From an uncultured bacterium (GTDB lineage: Bacteria; Actinomycetota; Acidimicrobiia; Spongiisociales; UBA5794): a stretch of 64,000 nt of DNA. Both the position numbers and the translations under genes were made by a program. Where the stretch lies: positions 704,001 through 768,000 of the forward strand of contig CAWDDT010000004.1 of the NCBI GenBank assembly GCA_963801165.1, in the 5' to 3' direction. Positions 60,068 through 64,000 of this stretch are shown here, piece by piece. Position 1 is the stretch's first letter. Every line of letters starts with the position of its first letter. The notes below the pieces were generated by a model. It did no database searches. It was given only the letters and a program-made list of their open reading frames with translations, and was not told the origin of the DNA.

Positions 60068-63000
60068 TCACCCGCCGCACCCTGTGGTGGCGTAGGTGGT
60101 GGTGGTGTCGAAGAGGGTCCAGGTGGTGGTGGTGAAGTCGGTGGGTTGGGTTTGGTAGATGGAGAAGGCGATGCGGCAGCCGGGGGTGGTGGTGTTGTCG
60201 GCTAGTTGGGTTCCTGGTTGGTAGATGAAGATGACTGGGGTGCCGTTTGTGGTGGTGGCGATGGTGGTGGCGTCTGGGCCGGGTTGTCCGTATTGGGTGG
60301 AGCGGGGGGTGGGGGTGATGGTGATGGTGCCGGTGTATCCGGCGGCGAGGGGGTGGGTGGGGTTGGTGATGGTGAGTTGGTTGGTGTTGGTTGTGCCGTA
60401 GTCGGTGCCGGAGGTGGGTCCGGTCATGGCTTGGTCGTCCAGTAGCCATGGTTTGGAGATCCAGACGGGGGTGGTGGTGGTTTTGAAGGTGTCGGCGACG
60501 ATCCACGAAGCGGTTGAGGAGACGACGATCAGGTCGGTGTTGTCTGCGGTGGTGGCGGTGATCTGGTTGTCGTCTACAACGGTGACGTCATAGCCGTTGG
60601 TTTCCCACCGGTTGATGACGGCCGTTTCGCCGCTGTTGAGTGCTGCCGGGTCGCCAACAACCAGGGTGATCGACGCCGGCGGATAGTTGTCGACTACCAC
60701 ACTGATCGTGTCGTCGGCGGACGCACCCAACGTGTCGGTGGCGATGGCGGTGATGGTGTCTTGTCCTTCCGGCCAGGTGGTGGTGTCCCAATCAACCGAC
60801 CAGCCGTCGCTGCCGTCGCTGTCTACCCCCAGCGAGGTGCCGTTGACGAAGAACTCCACCTGAGCCACCCCGTCAGGATCATCAGCAGACACCCCGACCG
60901 TCACCACTGAAGACACCGAAGAACCATCAACAAGACCCGTGATCGAAACTGTTGGTGGGTTGTTGACCGGTGCGGGTTCGCAGCTGGTGGTGGCGTAGGT
61001 GGTGGTGGTGTCGAAGAGGGTCCAGGTGGTGGTGGTGAAGTCGGTGGGTTGGGTTTGGTAGATGGAGAAGGCGATGCGGCAGCCGGGGGTGGTGGTGTTG
61101 TCGGCTAGTTGGGTTCCTGGTTGGTAGATGAAGATGACTGGGGTGCCGTTTGTGGTGGTGGCGATGGTGGTGGCGTCTGGGCCGGGTTGTCCGTATTGGG
61201 TGGAGCGGGGGGTGGGGGTGATGGTGATGGTGCCGGTGTATCCGGCGGCGAGGGGGTGGGTGGGGTTGGTGATGGTGAGTTGGTTGGTGTTGGTTGTGCC
61301 GTAGTCGGTGCCGGAGGTGGGTCCGGTCATGGCTTGGTCGTCCAGTAGCCATGGTTTGGAGATCCAGACGGGGGTGGTGGTGGTTTTGAAGGTGTCGGCG
61401 ACGATCCACGAAGCGGTTGAGGAGACGACGATCAGGTCGGTGTTGTCTGCGGTGGTGGCGGTGATCTGGTTGTCGTCTACAACGGTGACGTCATAGCCGT
61501 TGGTTTCCCACCGGTTGATGACGGCCGTTTCGCCGCTGTTGAGTGCTGCCGGGTCGCCAACAACCAGGGTGATCGACGCCGGCGGATAGTTGTCGACTAC
61601 CACACTGATCGTGTCGTCGGCGGACGCACCCAACGTGTCGGTGGCGATGGCGGTGATGGTGTCTTGTCCTTCCGGCCAGGTGGTGGTGTCCCAATCAACC
61701 GACCAGCCGTCGCTGCCGTCGGTGTCTACCCCCAGCGAGGTGCCGTTGACGAAGAACTCCACCTGAGCCACCCCGTCAGGATCATCAGCAGACACCCCGA
61801 CCGTCACCACTGAAGACACCGAAGAACCATCAACAAGACCCGTGATCGAAACTGTTGGTGGGTTGTTGACCGGTGCGGGTTCGCAGCTGGTGGTGGCGTA
61901 GGTGGTGGTGGTGTCGAAGAGGGTCCAGGTGGTGGTGGTGAAGTCGGTGGGTTGGGTTTGGTAGATGGAGAAGGCGATGCGGCAGCCGGGGGTGGTGGTG
62001 TTGTCGGCTAGTTGGGTTCCTGGTTGGTAGATGAAGATGACTGGGGTGCCGTTTGTGGTGGTGGCGATGGTGGTGGCGTCTGGGCCGGGTTGTCCGTATT
62101 GGGTGGAGCGGGGGGTGGGGGTGATGGTGATGGTGCCGGTGTATCCGGCGGCGAGGGGGTGGGTGGGGTTGGTGATGGTGAGTTGGTTGGTGTTGGTTGT
62201 GCCGTAGTCGGTGCCGGAGGTGGGTCCGGTCATGGCTTGGTCGTCCAGTAGCCATGGTTTGGAGATCCAGACGGGGGTGGTGGTGGTTTTGAAGGTGTCG
62301 GCGACGATCCACGAAGCGGTTGAGGAGACGACGATCAGGTCGGTGTTGTCTGCGGTGGTGGCGGTGATCTGGTTGTCGTCTACAACGGTGACGTCATAGC
62401 CGTTGGTTTCCCACCGGTTGATGACGGCCGTTTCGCCGCTGTTGAGTGCTGCCGGGTCGCCAACAACCAGGGTGATCGACGCCGGCGGATAGTTGTCGAC
62501 TACCACACTGATCGTGTCGTCGGCGGACGCACCCAACGTGTCGGTGGCGATGGCGGTGATGGTGTCTTGTCCTTCCGGCCAGGTGGTTGTGTCCCAATCA
62601 ACCGACCAGCCGTCGCTGCCGTCGGTGTCTACCCCCAGCGAGGTGCCGTTGACGAAGAACTCCACCTGAGCCACCCCGTCAGGATCATCAGCAGACACCC
62701 CGACCGTCACCACTGAAGACACCGAAGAACCATCAACAAGACCCGTGATCGAAACCAACGGCGGAGCGTTCACCGGGGTGTCGCCGCCGTAGAACGAATC
62801 GGAGGCCATGGCCTGGAGTGCGGCAAGGGCGGTGGCAGTCGAGTCGGCCGGCCACAAGCAGCCCGGCTGAGCGGGGTTGGTGCGAACGAAGTAGGAAATG
62901 GCGACGAATTGGTCCCAACCGGCGGTCTTGAACAGAGTCTGAGCGTCGGCGATCCATGCCGCCTTGGCTGTCCCTCCGTCCCCCGCCATCTCGGTGGACG

Positions 63001-63790
63001 CCCATTCAGCGAGGATCAGACCCTTGTCAGGATGTTGTGCGCCGAACTGTCGTAACGGCTTGATCATGTCTTCGAGCGACCGCCAGGCGACGGGCTCGAG
63101 TGGCCGGCAGCTCGCATAGTTGTAGGGATCGGCGCCGATGTAGTCGACGACGTCGTCACCCGGGTACCACAGGGGTGCGTACCTACGGTCAGACGGCCCG
63201 ACTGCGAAGCTGTAGTCGGTCATGATCCACACAAACGAGACGTTGGTGACGCCCTGCGCGGCGAACTCGGCGACCACACGCCGCCAGGCGTCGATGAAGT
63301 CCTGATCCGTCCCGTTTGCCGTGTTCTCGACCACCTCCGGCTCGTGGTTGAAGGTGAACCACACCGGGACGCCGAGAGCGCCGATCTTCTGCACCCACGC
63401 CACCAGCTCGTCGTAGACCTGTGACCCGGGCTGGGCATCCGCGATGTCCCGCCAGGCCACGAACGAACCGTCGCTCCGTCTGGCCCGGACCGACAGCAGC
63501 ATGCGTTGCCCGTTGGTCACCAATTCGTTGTGGAAGACGGTGGGAAACGGCGAGTCCCACAGCTCGAACACACGAACGAAATCGAGCGGGCGGCCGAGTT
63601 GCCCCTCGAGCTCGCTGAGACCGTCGATCCGCCCGTCGTCGTAGCCGCTCGGCGCGGCGCCGAACTCGATGGTCCCGGCGGCACGGGCGCGGGGAGTCGG
63701 CAACAGGGCGACGAGGACCATAACGACGAGCATCGCGCCCGCCGCGCTGAGAACCGGATTCCGCCTATGACCTGCGACGGCACGCGCCAC
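60068..63790 (-). CDS. Secreted GH26-like glycoside hydrolase with three tandem [bacterial Ig-like + uncharacterised Thr-rich domain] modules
   Basis: Signal peptide; FNHEPE (acid/base), WYPGDDVVDYIGAD.YN, LAEW (nucleophile); 3 x 301-aa modules. Confidence 0.82.
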   Translation of the reverse strand: MARAVAGHRRNPVLSAAGAMLVVMVLVALLPTPRARAAGTIEFGAAPSGYDDGRIDGLSELEGQLGRPLDFVRVFELWDSPFPTVFHNELVTNGQRMLLSVRARRSDGSFVAWRDIADAQPGSQVYDELVAWVQKIGALGVPVWFTFNHEPEVVENTANGTDQDFIDAWRRVVAEFAAQGVTNVSFVWIMTDYSFAVGPSDRRYAPLWYPGDDVVDYIGADPYNYASCRPLEPVAWRSLEDMIKPLRQFGAQHPDKGLILAEWASTEMAGDGGTAKAAWIADAQTLFKTAGWDQFVAISYFVRTNPAQPGCLWPADSTATALAALQAMASDSFYGGDTPVNAPPLVSITGLVDGSSVSSVVTVGVSADDPDGVAQVEFFVNGTSLGVDTDGSDGWSVDWDTTTWPEGQDTITAIATDTLGASADDTISVVVDNYPPASITLVVGDPAALNSGETAVINRWETNGYDVTVVDDNQITATTADNTDLIVVSSTASWIVADTFKTTTTPVWISKPWLLDDQAMTGPTSGTDYGTTNTNQLTITNPTHPLAAGYTGTITITPTPRSTQYGQPGPDATTIATTTNGTPVIFIYQPGTQLADNTTTPGCRIAFSIYQTQPTDFTTTTWTLFDTTTTYATTSCEPAPVNNPPTVSITGLVDGSSVSSVVTVGVSADDPDGVAQVEFFVNGTSLGVDTDGSDGWSVDWDTTTWPEGQDTITAIATDTLGASADDTISVVVDNYPPASITLVVGDPAALNSGETAVINRWETNGYDVTVVDDNQITATTADNTDLIVVSSTASWIVADTFKTTTTPVWISKPWLLDDQAMTGPTSGTDYGTTNTNQLTITNPTHPLAAGYTGTITITPTPRSTQYGQPGPDATTIATTTNGTPVIFIYQPGTQLADNTTTPGCRIAFSIYQTQPTDFTTTTWTLFDTTTTYATTSCEPAPVNNPPTVSITGLVDGSSVSSVVTVGVSADDPDGVAQVEFFVNGTSLGVDSDGSDGWSVDWDTTTWPEGQDTITAIATDTLGASADDTISVVVDNYPPASITLVVGDPAALNSGETAVINRWETNGYDVTVVDDNQITATTADNTDLIVVSSTASWIVADTFKTTTTPVWISKPWLLDDQAMTGPTSGTDYGTTNTNQLTITNPTHPLAAGYTGTITITPTPRSTQYGQPGPDATTIATTTNGTPVIFIYQPGTQLADNTTTPGCRIAFSIYQTQPTDFTTTTWTLFDTTTTYATTGCGG
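60084..62755. repeat. 903-bp near-perfect intragenic tandem repeat, about 3 copies
   Basis: Shadow ORFs recur at 60206, 61109 and 62012 (period 903); I saw only about 2 nt differences among copies. Confidence 0.95.
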
Positions 63791-64000
63791 GCTGCTGCCC
63801 CTTCTCTGCGACCCCGATAGCCACCCCCGATAGACGCGACCGGATTGGCCCGTACCCGACGCACCGAATCGTGAGTAGTAGCCGACATAGCTGCACTACG
63901 CAAGAGCCATGATCGGCGTTGGTCTAGGAGGTCGCTGATTAGTCGCGGTGAAGGCTCCCAGGGCCCCGAGAAATGGGTGTTGTCGAGCTTGCCATGAGCC

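Noticed and set aside
60015-62312. His-rich ORFs (HHHHHH) repeated three times
   Set aside because: Alternative-frame read-out of the ACC-rich skewed repeat, not independent genes.
60084-62755. Diversity-generating retroelement template/variable repeats
   Set aside because: No reverse transcriptase in the window; copies are nearly identical, in-frame and tandem, without an adenine-specific mismatch pattern.
57900-64000. Genomic island integrated at ssrA
   Set aside because: No integrase and no duplicated ssrA 3' end seen within the window; cannot be excluded beyond it.

Overview
High-GC actinobacterial chromosome segment, most consistent with Acidimicrobiia: Cys-containing SLH-like repeats, F420 genes, SecA with a SEC-C motif and prfB with a programmed frameshift. 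1-30 kb is a cell-surface polysaccharide locus (two Wzc-like co-polymerases, flippase, GT2/GT4/WecG/initiating transferases, ugd, gmd/fcl, epimerases) interleaved with four SLH-anchored surface-protein genes, three of them in a tandem paralogous array, plus asnS. 30-58 kb is a conserved core block: fpg-like, cofE/cofD, GT2-DUF5719-DUF3499, a GtrABC-like glycosylation trio, a manB-Trm112 fusion, ahcY, comF, hpf, response regulator, secA, prfB, ftsEX, M23 peptidase, smpB and tmRNA. 58-64 kb has a TetR-regulated pair and a GH26 protein with three near-identical 903-bp repeats. I found no CRISPR array, integrase, transposase or reverse transcriptase. The most unusual signals are (i) a saw-tooth strand-composition skew locked to the 903-bp repeat unit, (ii) many short tandem duplications at gene starts and stops, (iii) a highly structured non-coding stretch just after tmRNA and (iv) a mosaic of three palindromic REP-like families. 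Several frameshifts look like long-read consensus errors. All family calls come from motif recognition by eye, not database searches.
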